Positions 51,254 to 60,058 of a DNA stretch of 64,000 nt are shown here, piece after piece. The notes under the pieces are model-generated. The model had not been told where the DNA came from, made no database searches, and saw only the letters and a list, made by a program, of their open reading frames with translations. Numbering within the stretch: position 1 is the first letter of the stretch; the number at the start of each line of letters is the position of its first letter. The DNA is from an uncultured Desulfobacterales bacterium (GTDB taxonomy: Bacteria > Desulfobacterota > Desulfobacteria > Desulfobacterales > SpSt-501). The translations under genes and the position numbers were made by a program. The stretch is taken from NCBI GenBank assembly GCA_938048455.1, contig CALIUY010000030.1:19568-83567 (forward strand), in the 5' to 3' direction.

Positions 51254-52180
51254 ATGGCGACGACCCGCATCCTCTCCATCGACGGGGGCGGCATCCGCGG
51301 TCTGCTTCCGACCGTGATTCTGCAGCGGCTCATGACCACCCCGGGACTCGAAGCCCTTCTCTCTCAGGTCGACCTCTTGGCCGGGACCTCGACCGGAGGG
51401 CTGATCGCGCTCGCCATCGCCCGCGGGATCGACCTGGCCGAGATCCGCCGGCTCTACGAAGAGAAGGCACAAGTGATCTTCGACGACTCCTGGTTGGATG
51501 ACCTCGTGGACCTGGGAAAACTGCGCGGGGCCGAGTACGATATCAAAGGATTGCGCCGCGAGCTGCGCCGCCTCTTCGGCGAGACAACCCTGGGGGACTT
51601 GGGCAAGCCGGTCCTGATCACGAGCTTCGACCTCGACAACGAGGACCCCGACCCGGACAGACGGCAATGGAAACCCAAGCTTTTCCATAACCTGCCGGGG
51701 CCGGGGACCGACGCCGGAATGCGCGCGGCGGACGTGGGCCTCTACACCTGCGCCGCCCCTACCTATTTCCCCTCAGTCGACGGCTACATCGACGGCGGGG
51801 TCTACGCGAACAACCCCGCCATGTGCGCCCTCGCCCAGACCCAGGACCGGCGTCACGGAACCCCGCCCATGTTGGAGGAGGTGCGGCTGCTTTCGCTCGG
51901 AACCGGCCTCAACCTGCAGTACATCAAAGGCAAGGCGAACGACTGGGGATACGCCCAGTGGGCGAAACCGTTGGTCAACCTCATGCTAGACGGGACCGCG
52001 GGGATCGCCGACTACCAGTGCCGCCAGATCCTGGGGGAGCGCTACCACCGGCTCTGCCCCGTCTTCCCGGCGGGAAGCACCTTCCCGATGGACGATATCG
52101 GCAAGATCCCGGCCCTGATCCGCTTCGCCGAAGCGCTGCCGCTTCAGGAGACGATCGCCTGGCTGCAGCGCTGGTGGTAA
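51254..52180 (+). CDS. Patatin-like phospholipase
   Basis: ORF trimmed to ATG 51254 after GGAAAGGAG. Oxyanion motif ILSIDGGGIRG, nucleophile elbow AGTSTGG (GxSxG), and catalytic Asp motif IDGGVYANNP. Confidence 0.88.
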   Translation: MATTRILSIDGGGIRGLLPTVILQRLMTTPGLEALLSQVDLLAGTSTGGLIALAIARGIDLAEIRRLYEEKAQVIFDDSWLDDLVDLGKLRGAEYDIKGLRRELRRLFGETTLGDLGKPVLITSFDLDNEDPDPDRRQWKPKLFHNLPGPGTDAGMRAADVGLYTCAAPTYFPSVDGYIDGGVYANNPAMCALAQTQDRRHGTPPMLEEVRLLSLGTGLNLQYIKGKANDWGYAQWAKPLVNLMLDGTAGIADYQCRQILGERYHRLCPVFPAGSTFPMDDIGKIPALIRFAEALPLQETIAWLQRWW

Positions 52181-52209
52181 TTGACACGAAACAGCTGCAC
52201 GGTTACAAG
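52181..52209 (+). promoter_or_regulatory. Candidate sigma70-type promoter for the peptide/nickel-type ABC operon (TTGACA-17 nt-TACAAG)
   Basis: Perfect -35 hexamer immediately after the patatin stop, in a locally AT-richer stretch about 90 nt upstream of ATG 52297. Pattern only. Confidence 0.35.
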
Positions 52210-52296
52210 TATTTTGCGAGTCTTCGTGAAGACGGATCGCGACGCTCCCGCCGCGGTTTCGATCCTTCGCCCACCCCTAATTTCAGGAGGCGCATC

Positions 52297-53790
52297 ATGC
52301 GTAAAGTGACGGCCGTTTTCCTCGTTTTCCTCCTGGGCCTCTGTTTTCTTCCCCGGCTTGCAGCCGCGGGCGGCCATCTGAAGATCGCACTTACCGCCAA
52401 CCTGAACACGCTCGATCCGGCCAAAGCCAAGAGCGGGGACGAATATCTCTACATGTTCATGGTCTTTAACGCTTTGACCCGGATCGCTCCGGACATGAGC
52501 GTTCAGCCGGATTTGGCCGAGCGTTGGGAAGCGAGCCCCGATCTCAAGACCTGGACGTTCCACCTGCGCAAGGGAGTGCGTTTCCACCACGGCCGCGAGC
52601 TTGACGCCGAGGATGTGAAGGCGACGATCGAGCGCATTCAGGACAAGGCGACCGGCTCCACGGCGCGGGTCAACTTCCTGATGGTCGAAAAGATCGAAGC
52701 CCCGGACCGCTACACCGTGAAGTTCACGCTCTCTCTGCCCTACGCCGCATTCCCCGAAATTCTGGGCGAGCGCCAGGCGCGCATCGTCCCCAAGGAGCGG
52801 ATCGCCGAACTGCCCACCCAGCCGGTCGGCACCGGCCCCTTCCGCTTCAAGTCCTTCAAACCGGGGGATCGCGTGGAACTCGTGAAGAACCCCGATTACT
52901 TCGAGACCGGACTTCCCCGGCTGGATGCCGTCACGCTGCTGGTCATCCCCGAGAGCGCAACGCGCATCGCCGCCCTCGAGACCGGGGAAGTCCACGCCGT
53001 CTGGAAGCTCCCCCTCGAGGCGATCGACCGGCTGAAGAAACACCCCCAGGTGGTGGTGGACGAGGTGCCCACCTCGAGCTGGGACGGGATCATCATGCAC
53101 AACCGCATCGCCCCCTTCGACAACCCGAAGGTGCGCAAGGCGGTGTTCCTGGGGATCGACAAGGCCCAGGCCGCCGAAATCGCCCTCTTCGGGCACGGCA
53201 GCCCCACCCTCACGCCGATCCCCCCGAGCCACCCCTTCTTCAACGAGTCCATCCCGCTCAAGGCCGATCCGGCCGCCGCGAAGAAGCTTCTCGCGGAGGC
53301 GGGCCTCCCGAACGGCTTCGAGACGACCCTGATGGTCCCCGAGGGCCGGCCGGAGCGCGAACGGCTGGGGCTGGCCGTGCGCGACATGCTCAAGGCCGTG
53401 GGCGTGAAGGTGAACATCCAGCGCGTCCCCTGGGACAAGTTCCTGGCCGACGTGGAGGGCAAGGCCGCCTTCTCGATCAACGGCTTTTTCAGCCGCCCGA
53501 CCGTCGACACCTCGCTCTACCCCTGGTACCACAGCTCAGGGTCCTGGAACACGGGGCTGTGGCACTACCAGAACGAGCGCGTCGACCGCATCCTGGACAC
53601 GGCCCGGCAGACCGCCTCGGTCGAGGAACGGCGCAAGCTCTACCGCGAACTGCAACAGGTCGTCGCCGAGGACCCGCCCTCGGTCGTGCCCTACGTCGTC
53701 AACCAGGTCGACGGCTTCCGCAAAGAGGTGAAGGGGCTGCGTTCCAACCCCATGCTCTGGTTCGACGTGCGCCAGGTGACCCTCGAGTAA
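52297..53790 (+). CDS. ABC transporter substrate-binding protein, family 5 (peptide/nickel/opine type)
   Basis: ATG 52297 after CAGGAGG, with a signal peptide. LNTLDPAKA, PDLAERWE.S.D.KTWTFHLRKGV.FH.G.E..A.DV and NP.YF. Confidence 0.88.
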   Translation: MRKVTAVFLVFLLGLCFLPRLAAAGGHLKIALTANLNTLDPAKAKSGDEYLYMFMVFNALTRIAPDMSVQPDLAERWEASPDLKTWTFHLRKGVRFHHGRELDAEDVKATIERIQDKATGSTARVNFLMVEKIEAPDRYTVKFTLSLPYAAFPEILGERQARIVPKERIAELPTQPVGTGPFRFKSFKPGDRVELVKNPDYFETGLPRLDAVTLLVIPESATRIAALETGEVHAVWKLPLEAIDRLKKHPQVVVDEVPTSSWDGIIMHNRIAPFDNPKVRKAVFLGIDKAQAAEIALFGHGSPTLTPIPPSHPFFNESIPLKADPAAAKKLLAEAGLPNGFETTLMVPEGRPERERLGLAVRDMLKAVGVKVNIQRVPWDKFLADVEGKAAFSINGFFSRPTVDTSLYPWYHSSGSWNTGLWHYQNERVDRILDTARQTASVEERRKLYRELQQVVAEDPPSVVPYVVNQVDGFRKEVKGLRSNPMLWFDVRQVTLE

Positions 53791-53804
53791 CCCCCATCTT
53801 TCGG

Positions 53805-53838
53805 CCCCCGGCGGGGGGCGGAAACGCCCCGCCGGGGG
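53805..53838 (+). other. Strong intercistronic stem-loop with GAAA tetraloop after the SBP gene
   Basis: CCCCCGGCGGGGGGCG-GAAA-CGCCCCGCCGGGGG (one 2-nt bulge), 15 nt downstream of the SBP stop and 43 nt before the first permease ATG. No T-tract follows. Confidence 0.4.
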
Positions 53839-53880
53839 ATTGCTCCTTCGCGCCGGAAACCCGGCCGCGGAGCCTGCGAC

Positions 53881-54837
53881 ATGATTCTCTACACGCTGCG
53901 GCGGCTCGCCCTGATCGTCCTTCTCCTGTGGGTGATGTCCGTTCTGCTGTTCGCGATCACCCAGGTGCTCCCGGGAAACGTGGCGCGCATGATCCTCGGG
54001 CAGTTCGCCACCGCCGATGCGATCGAGGCGGTCGAGACCCGCCTGGGGCTGAAGGATCCCCTGGTCGTTCAATACGGCCGCTGGTTTTCGCATATCCTCC
54101 GGGGCGATTTCGGCCAGTCGCTCATCATGGAACGGCCGATCGGGCCGGTGCTCGCCGAGGCGCTCGGCCGCTCGGCCGTGCTCGCGGCCCTGAGTTTCGT
54201 CCTCGTCGCCTCGGTCGGCATCCTCCTCGGCGTGATCGCCGCGGTCCGCAAGAACCGACCGGTCGATCACGCCGTCTCGGTCTTCTCCTACCTGGGCATC
54301 TCCGTCCCCGAGTTTTTCTGGGGGATCGCCTTCATCCTCGTCTTCGCCCGCTGGCTGGGCTGGCTTCCCTCGGGGGGCTACAGCCCGATGGGCGAGGGTT
54401 TCGGGAACTGGTTCGCACGGCTGATCGGCCCCGCCCTCACCCTCACCTTCACCCTGATCGCCCACGTCTCGCGGCTGACCCGCTCTTCCATGCTCGAAAC
54501 GCTGCGCTCCCGCTACGTGCTCGCCGCGCGCGCGAAGGGTTTGCCCGAGCGGGTGATCCTCTTCCGGCACGCCCTGCGGAATGCGCTGCTGCCGACGATC
54601 ACCGTGCTGGCGATCGACGTGGGCTGGCTCTTCGGCGGGATCGTGGTCGTGGAAACGGTCTTCGCCTTCCCCGGGCTCGGCCGGCTGGTCGCCTTCGCCA
54701 TCGAACGCCGCGATCTCCCGCTCATCCAGGCCACGCTGCTCGTGATCACGGCCATCTATTGCCTGGCCAACCTCGCGGCCGACCTACTCTACGCCGCGCT
54801 GAACCCCCGGATCCGCTATGCCCGCCGGACCTCCTGA
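53881..54837 (+). CDS. ABC transporter permease (DppB/OppB-like)
   Basis: MILYTLRRLALIVLLLWVMSVLLFAITQVLPGN, LGL..P...QY..W and YV..ARAKGL.E..I...HALRNAL.P. Confidence 0.88.
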   Translation: MILYTLRRLALIVLLLWVMSVLLFAITQVLPGNVARMILGQFATADAIEAVETRLGLKDPLVVQYGRWFSHILRGDFGQSLIMERPIGPVLAEALGRSAVLAALSFVLVASVGILLGVIAAVRKNRPVDHAVSVFSYLGISVPEFFWGIAFILVFARWLGWLPSGGYSPMGEGFGNWFARLIGPALTLTFTLIAHVSRLTRSSMLETLRSRYVLAARAKGLPERVILFRHALRNALLPTITVLAIDVGWLFGGIVVVETVFAFPGLGRLVAFAIERRDLPLIQATLLVITAIYCLANLAADLLYAALNPRIRYARRTS

Positions 54838-55669
54838 ACCCAGGCCACGACGCCGTCTGCCCGGGAACCTCGTCACCGGCGCCGCCATCGTCCTCGCGGT
54901 CGCCCTGGCTGCATTGCTCGGCCCCTGGGTCGCCCCGTTTCCCTACGACGAGTTCCACATCCGCGACCGTCTGAAGGCGCCGGATGCCGTCTACTGGTTC
55001 GGGACCGACGAATACGGGCGCGACGTCTTCAGCCGCGTCCTGGCGGGTTCGCGCATCTCCCTCTTCATGGGGGTCGCGGCGACGGCGGTGAGCCTCGTCT
55101 GCGGCGTCGCCCTGGGCCTCGCGGCGGGGTTCTTCCGCGGCCGGATCGACGAGTGGCTGATGCGCCTCATGGACCTGCTCATGTCCTTCCCGCCGGTCAT
55201 CCTGGGGCTCCTCATCCTGGCGGTCACCCCCCCCAGCCTGTGGAAAACGGTGCTCGCCGTGGGGATCGTCTACATCCCGGCGATCGTCCGTGTCACCCGC
55301 TCGGTCACCCTCGAGCTCGTGCAGGAGGAGTTCATCCTCGCCGCCCGAGCCCGCGGCGAGAGCGCAGGCTACATCCTCTTCCGCGAAATCCTGCCGAACG
55401 CCTGGCCGCCGATCATCGTGGAGGCGAGCCTCCGGGTCACCTTCGCGATCCTCCTCGGCGCCGCCCTCTCCTTTCTCGGCATGGGCGCCCAGCCGCCCAG
55501 CTCGGACTGGGGCCTCATGATCAGCGAGGCCCGCTCCTACCTCGACCAGGCCTGGTGGATGGCGGTTTTCCCGGGGCTCGTCATGTGCCTGACCGTCGTG
55601 GGGATCAATCTCCTGGGGGACGGCCTGAGGGAATGGCTCGATCCCCGGCTCCGCCACGGAGGCGCCTGA
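54818..55669 (+). CDS. ABC transporter permease (DppC/OppC-like)
   Basis: Overlaps the upstream gene by 20 nt. APFPYDE, GTDEYGRDVFSRV, EEFILAARA.G.S....F.EILPN, and DWG.MI. Confidence 0.85.
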   Translation: MPAGPPEPRPRRRLPGNLVTGAAIVLAVALAALLGPWVAPFPYDEFHIRDRLKAPDAVYWFGTDEYGRDVFSRVLAGSRISLFMGVAATAVSLVCGVALGLAAGFFRGRIDEWLMRLMDLLMSFPPVILGLLILAVTPPSLWKTVLAVGIVYIPAIVRVTRSVTLELVQEEFILAARARGESAGYILFREILPNAWPPIIVEASLRVTFAILLGAALSFLGMGAQPPSSDWGLMISEARSYLDQAWWMAVFPGLVMCLTVVGINLLGDGLREWLDPRLRHGGA

Positions 55670-57792
55670 TGTCCCCCCCGGAAGCGCCTCTGCTCGAGGT
55701 CGAGGATCTCTGCGTCTCCTACGCCACCGGCTTCGGCGTATTGCGCGCCCTTCACGGGGTTTCCTTCCGACTGATGCCGGGGGAAGCGCTGGGGCTGGCC
55801 GGGGAGTCGGGCTCGGGGAAAAGCACGGTCGCCCTCGCCCTCCTGGGCCTTCTCGGCCCGGAGGCCGCCGTTTCGGCGCGCCGGCTGCGCTTCGGCGGCC
55901 GGGATCTCCTTTCACGATCGCCCGAGGAAAAGCGGCGGCTGCGCGGCCGTGCGATGGCGATCGTCTTCCAGGACCCCTTCACGGCACTCAACCCTTCGAT
56001 CCCCGTCGGGCGCCAGGTGGCCGAGCCCATGGTCTTCCACCGCGGGCTGGCGGAATCCGAGGCGCTTGCCGCGGCGATCGGCCTTCTCCACCAGGTGGGG
56101 ATCCGCCGGCCCGAGGTCGTCGCCCGTTCCTATCCCCACCAGCTCTCGGGCGGGATGCAGCAGCGGGCCCTGATCGCCACGGCGCTCGCCGCCGAACCCG
56201 AGCTCCTCATTCTGGACGAGCCCACGACCGCCCTCGACGTCACCATCGAGGCCCAGATCCTCGATCTGCTCGAGAGCCTGCGCCGCTCGCGACGGCTTTC
56301 CATCCTCTTCATCTCCCACAACCTGGGCGTGATCCACCGCCTGTGCGAATCGGTCTGCATCCTCTACGCGGGCGAGGTCTGCGAGACGGGCCCCACGAAA
56401 ACGGTGTTCCGCGATCCGGCCCACCCCTACACGCGCGGCCTGCTGGCCAGCCTGCCGCGCCTCGCCGTCGGCGACCGCAAGCGGCTTTCCCCCATCCCGG
56501 GCACCCTGCCCGACCTTGAGGACCCACCCCCGGGGTGCCTGTTCCATCCGCGCTGCCCCTACGGGGAGCTGCGTTGCCGCCGGGAGGCGCCTCTTTTCTC
56601 CTCCCCCGGGCCGCAGCGCTCGGTCCGCTGCTGGAGGGTGGGGGAGATCGGCGGGGTCTCCTGGGAGGAAGCCGTCGGCGGCGCGCGGCCCCTGGCCGAC
56701 GAAGCAGGAGGGCCTGCGGCAAAGGCCTCGCCGCCGCTCGTGGTCGTCCGCGATCTGAGGAAGCGCTACCGGCTCGGGGGCTTCTGGGACGCACTCCGCT
56801 GGGAAAAGCCGGCCGGCCGGAAGTTCCCCCGCCCCTCGTGGGCGCCGAGATTCCTGCACGCGCTCGACGGCGTCTCGCTCGCGATCGCCCCCGGTGAGGT
56901 CCTCGGCCTGGTGGGCGAGTCAGGATGCGGCAAGACGACACTCGGCCGGACGATCCTCCGGCTGATCGATCCCGATGACGGGGCGATCGTCGTCGACGGC
57001 CGGGAGATCGGAAGCGCTCCCGAGAGGGAAATCCGACCGGTGCGGCGTCTGGCCCAGATCGTCTTCCAGAACCCGGACTCCTCCCTCAACCCGCGCAAGA
57101 CGGTGGGCGAAATCATCGCGCGGCCTCTCGAGCGCTTCGGCCTCGCCTCGGGGGCGCAAGCCCGCAGGCGGGTGGGGGAACTGCTGGAGATGGTGCGCCT
57201 GGCGCCGTCCTATGCCTCGCGCTACCCCCATCAGCTGAGCGGCGGGGAAAAGCAGCGGGTGGGTATCGCCCGGGCGCTCGCCACCTCTCCGCGTTTCCTC
57301 GTCTGCGACGAGGCCGTCTCGGCCCTCGACGTCTCCGTGCAGGCGGCCGTGCTCAACCTGCTGGAGGACCTGCGCCGGGAGCTGGGCCTCGCCTTTCTCT
57401 TCATCACCCACGACCTCTCGGTCGTCGCGCACCTCGCCCACCGCGTGTTGGTGATGTACCGCGGCGGGATCTGCGAGGAGGGCGCGATCGCCCAGGTCCT
57501 CCGCCCCCCCTTTCACCCTTACACCGAAGCCCTGCTTTCCGCCGTCCCGCGGATCGACCGCGGACGATCCCGCATCCGCCTGCGGGAAGAGGGGGCCGCC
57601 GCCGAATTCGACGGCCGGGGGTGCCGCTTCCAGGACCGCTGCCCCCGGATCCTGGGGAAGGTCTGCCGCACGGTCACGCCTCCCCTGCTCGAGCCCGCCC
57701 CGGGGCACCGGATCCACTGCCACCACCGCCTGGAGACCCTGGCCGCGTTGCCCTCCCCCGTCGACGCGGCCCCCCCGGGGGCGATCCCCTGA
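55669..57792 (+). CDS. Fused tandem ABC ATP-binding protein (DppD+DppF-like, GsiA-type architecture)
   Basis: ATG 55669 overlaps the TGA (TGATG). Two complete cassettes: GESGSGKST / LSGGMQQRALIA / LILDEPTTALD, and GESGCGKTT / LSGGEKQRVGIARAL / LVCDEAVSALD. Each is followed by an oligopeptide-type C-terminal Cys-containing segment. Confidence 0.9.
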   Translation: MSPPEAPLLEVEDLCVSYATGFGVLRALHGVSFRLMPGEALGLAGESGSGKSTVALALLGLLGPEAAVSARRLRFGGRDLLSRSPEEKRRLRGRAMAIVFQDPFTALNPSIPVGRQVAEPMVFHRGLAESEALAAAIGLLHQVGIRRPEVVARSYPHQLSGGMQQRALIATALAAEPELLILDEPTTALDVTIEAQILDLLESLRRSRRLSILFISHNLGVIHRLCESVCILYAGEVCETGPTKTVFRDPAHPYTRGLLASLPRLAVGDRKRLSPIPGTLPDLEDPPPGCLFHPRCPYGELRCRREAPLFSSPGPQRSVRCWRVGEIGGVSWEEAVGGARPLADEAGGPAAKASPPLVVVRDLRKRYRLGGFWDALRWEKPAGRKFPRPSWAPRFLHALDGVSLAIAPGEVLGLVGESGCGKTTLGRTILRLIDPDDGAIVVDGREIGSAPEREIRPVRRLAQIVFQNPDSSLNPRKTVGEIIARPLERFGLASGAQARRRVGELLEMVRLAPSYASRYPHQLSGGEKQRVGIARALATSPRFLVCDEAVSALDVSVQAAVLNLLEDLRRELGLAFLFITHDLSVVAHLAHRVLVMYRGGICEEGAIAQVLRPPFHPYTEALLSAVPRIDRGRSRIRLREEGAAAEFDGRGCRFQDRCPRILGKVCRTVTPPLLEPAPGHRIHCHHRLETLAALPSPVDAAPPGAIP

Positions 57793-57902
57793 TCTCCCCG
57801 CCCGTCCCGCGCACGACCCTTTTTCTTCGCCGGTCATTGCTTTCCGTCCCTCCCGTCTCATCTTTGAGCCGGATACCGTGACCGATGAAGGAGCGTTCGG
57901 AC

Positions 57903-58304
57903 ATGCTCTATGTTCTCAAAATCTATGCCGCAATGCTGGTCGTGTTTTTCGCCGCGGACATGCTCTGGCTGGGGGTGGTCGCCCGCGGCTTCTACCGCCG
58001 GCACCTCGGACACTGGCTGGCGGCGGAACCCAACTGGACGGCGGCGATCCTCTTTTACCTCCTCTTCATCCTGGGAATCCTCGTCTTCGTCGTCCTGCCG
58101 GGACTCGAGGCCGTCTCGCTCGGTCGCAGCCTCGCCCTCGGAGCGCTCTTCGGTCTCGTCACCTACGCGACCTACGATCTGACCAACCTCGCGACGGCGC
58201 GTGATTGGCCGCTTGTCGTGACGGCGGTCGACATGGCCTGGGGGACGGTCCTCAGCACGCTCGTCGCCGCGGCGGGGTTCCTGGCGGGAAAGCTCTTCGC
58301 CTGA
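57903..58304 (+). CDS. DUF2177-family membrane protein
   Basis: ATG 57903 lies 9 nt after GAAGGAG (the ORF track starts at 57885). MLYVLKIYAAMLVVFFAADMLWLGVVARGFY... and YDLTNLAT..DWP. Four TM helices. Confidence 0.7.
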   Translation: MLYVLKIYAAMLVVFFAADMLWLGVVARGFYRRHLGHWLAAEPNWTAAILFYLLFILGILVFVVLPGLEAVSLGRSLALGALFGLVTYATYDLTNLATARDWPLVVTAVDMAWGTVLSTLVAAAGFLAGKLFA

Positions 58305-58310
58305 TGTCGG

Positions 58311-58670
58311 TCAGGCGAAGGTTTCGATCTTGTGGGTGACCGTCGTCTTGATGAGCTCGAGGGTCTCGGCGAGCGCGGCGATCACGTTCTCGCGCACGTC
58401 GCCCGCCACGGCCAAAAGCATCACGTCCTCGCCTACGGCGAGTTCCCGGCCTTCGGCGATCTCGACCCGGATATCGAGGATGCCGGGCCGACGGCGCTGG
58501 CGCTCAACGATTTGCGCAAGGCGTGTGTGGTCCACGGCGACGCGCAGACTCCGAACGCGTTTTCCGTCGCGCGAGGTTTCGCGCACGACGCCGTTGTGCA
58601 CGAGGATCATCCCCGCGCGAGGGAAATGAGGGTGTTTGCGCATCTCGTCCACAAACGCCTGCAGGTTCAT
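58311..58670 (-). CDS. MoaE-like protein (short molybdopterin synthase large-subunit-family homolog)
   Basis: 119 aa. By eye it aligns to the MoaE core (G.I.VH.G.VR....G..V..L.....H......I........PGI..I.V....G.L.VG...M...VAGD.R...........IK..V..K.E). ATGA-coupled to mobA. Shorter than canonical MoaE, and no moaD is nearby. Confidence 0.5.
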   Translation of the reverse strand: MNLQAFVDEMRKHPHFPRAGMILVHNGVVRETSRDGKRVRSLRVAVDHTRLAQIVERQRRRPGILDIRVEIAEGRELAVGEDVMLLAVAGDVRENVIAALAETLELIKTTVTHKIETFA

Positions 58671-59287
58671 CGTTCACCCTCCGCCCTTTCCGTGGCGGCC
58701 AGCGCTTCGGCCCGCACGAGGTCTTCCGGGGTGTTGACGTTGAAGAAGGAGCGCAGCTCGGGGTCCCGCCGGCGCAAAACTTCCTCGGGGATTTCCCGGA
58801 TCCTCTTGTTCGCCAGCGCCCACTGGATCTTGAACAGCCCCCGCCGCAGATGGTCCTCCACGGAGCGCAGACAGCGTTTCGAGTAGGCGGCGCAAAGCGG
58901 CTCGAGCCCCGCGGCGGTACGCGGGATCACGAGATCCACGGCCGGCTCGATCCCCTCGAGGACGGCCTCGACCACCCCCCGCTGCAGAAACGGCGTATCA
59001 CAGGCGGCGAAGAAGGCATGGGGTTGCCGGGCGTAGAAAAGCCCCGTGTGAATGCCGGTCAACGAGCTGCGCACGGGAAAAAGGTCGGTCACGAGGAACG
59101 CATCCCACTCGAGAAACTCCTCGGGACGGTTGGTGACGAGGATGATTTCCGCAAACAGGCCGCGGAAGACTTCGAAGAGCCGATCGAGAATGCAGCGCCC
59201 CCCCACTTGCAGCAGGGCCTTGTTGCGGCCGCCGTAGCGGGTGCTCAAGCCTCCGGCCAGAATGACGCCCGTACAGGGCTGGCGCAT
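58667..59287 (-). CDS. mobA: Molybdenum cofactor guanylyltransferase
   Basis: ATG 59287 after GGGGGGAG (the ORF track starts at 59308). GVILAGGLSTRYGGRNKALL.V.G. and F..ACD.PF. About 206 aa. Confidence 0.85.
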   Translation of the reverse strand: MRQPCTGVILAGGLSTRYGGRNKALLQVGGRCILDRLFEVFRGLFAEIILVTNRPEEFLEWDAFLVTDLFPVRSSLTGIHTGLFYARQPHAFFAACDTPFLQRGVVEAVLEGIEPAVDLVIPRTAAGLEPLCAAYSKRCLRSVEDHLRRGLFKIQWALANKRIREIPEEVLRRRDPELRSFFNVNTPEDLVRAEALAATERAEGER

Positions 59288-59431
59288 CGCTCCCCCCACC
59301 CCCGCCATCGAGGATAGTCAAGCCGCAGGCCGACTTCAAGGATTTTGCGGAATCGAATTGATTCTCCGGCCCTTTTTGGGATATCAGAAATCCTTGTTTC
59401 GCAACCGCCGGCCAGGAAAGGACAAGCGATC

Positions 59432-59938
59432 ATGGGTACGGCCGAGCACCGGCACGGGGCCCCGCGCAGCGTAACGATCGCCGTGGTCAGCGTCTCGACG
59501 ACGCGCACGCTCGCCGAAGACGAAAGCGGCCGTTGGATCCGCCAGGCGGCCGAGGCGCTCGGTCACCGCGTGGCGTTGCACCGGGTGATCCCCGACGACG
59601 CCGGCGCGCTCGCCATGACGGTGCGCGAAATCACCGAAACCCCCGGGATCGAAGTCCTGCTCGTGACCGGCGGAACCGGCGTCACCCCGCAGGATGTGAC
59701 CGTCGAAGCGATCGCCCCCCTGTTCACGAAAACCCTGAGCGCCTTCGGCCCGCTTTTCGCCCTGCTCAGCTTGCAGGAGATCGGCTCCGCGGCGATGCTA
59801 TCGCGCGCCACCGCCGGGGTCATCGGCAACACGGCCGTCTTCTGCATGCCGGGCAGCCTGAACGCCTGCCGCCTCGCCTGCGAGCGGTTGATCTTCCCCG
59901 AACTCGGCCATCTCGTGAAACACCTGAAAGGGCCCTGA
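59432..59938 (+). CDS. moaB: Molybdenum cofactor biosynthesis protein B (MoaB/MogA family)
   Basis: ORF trimmed to ATG 59432 after GGAAAGGA. IAVVSVSTTR...D.SG, VLLVTGGTGVTPQDVT.EA, and AG....T.VFCMPGS..A. Confidence 0.85.
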   Translation: MGTAEHRHGAPRSVTIAVVSVSTTRTLAEDESGRWIRQAAEALGHRVALHRVIPDDAGALAMTVREITETPGIEVLLVTGGTGVTPQDVTVEAIAPLFTKTLSAFGPLFALLSLQEIGSAAMLSRATAGVIGNTAVFCMPGSLNACRLACERLIFPELGHLVKHLKGP

Positions 59939-60058
59939 GGTCGAGCCCCCCTGCCGTTGTTGAAACGGACCCTCCGGATCAGGAAAAGATGTTGCCGCCC
60001 GGGCCGCCGGCGCCGGCAGGCGGCCGTTGAAACCGGCAACGAAAGAAAGGACTTCCCG

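Noticed and set aside
51254-52180. Patatin-like lipase as a CBASS (CapV-type) effector.
   Set aside because: No CD-NTase, cyclase, E1/E2/JAB or other signalling-nucleotide gene lies within the neighbourhood. The only co-oriented neighbour is a radical SAM protein, so a CBASS call is unsupported.
59309-59431. Moco riboswitch upstream of moaB.
   Set aside because: The available leader is too short for the roughly 130-nt multi-stem motif, and I cannot find its conserved loops. It is reported only as an unexplained nested inverted repeat.
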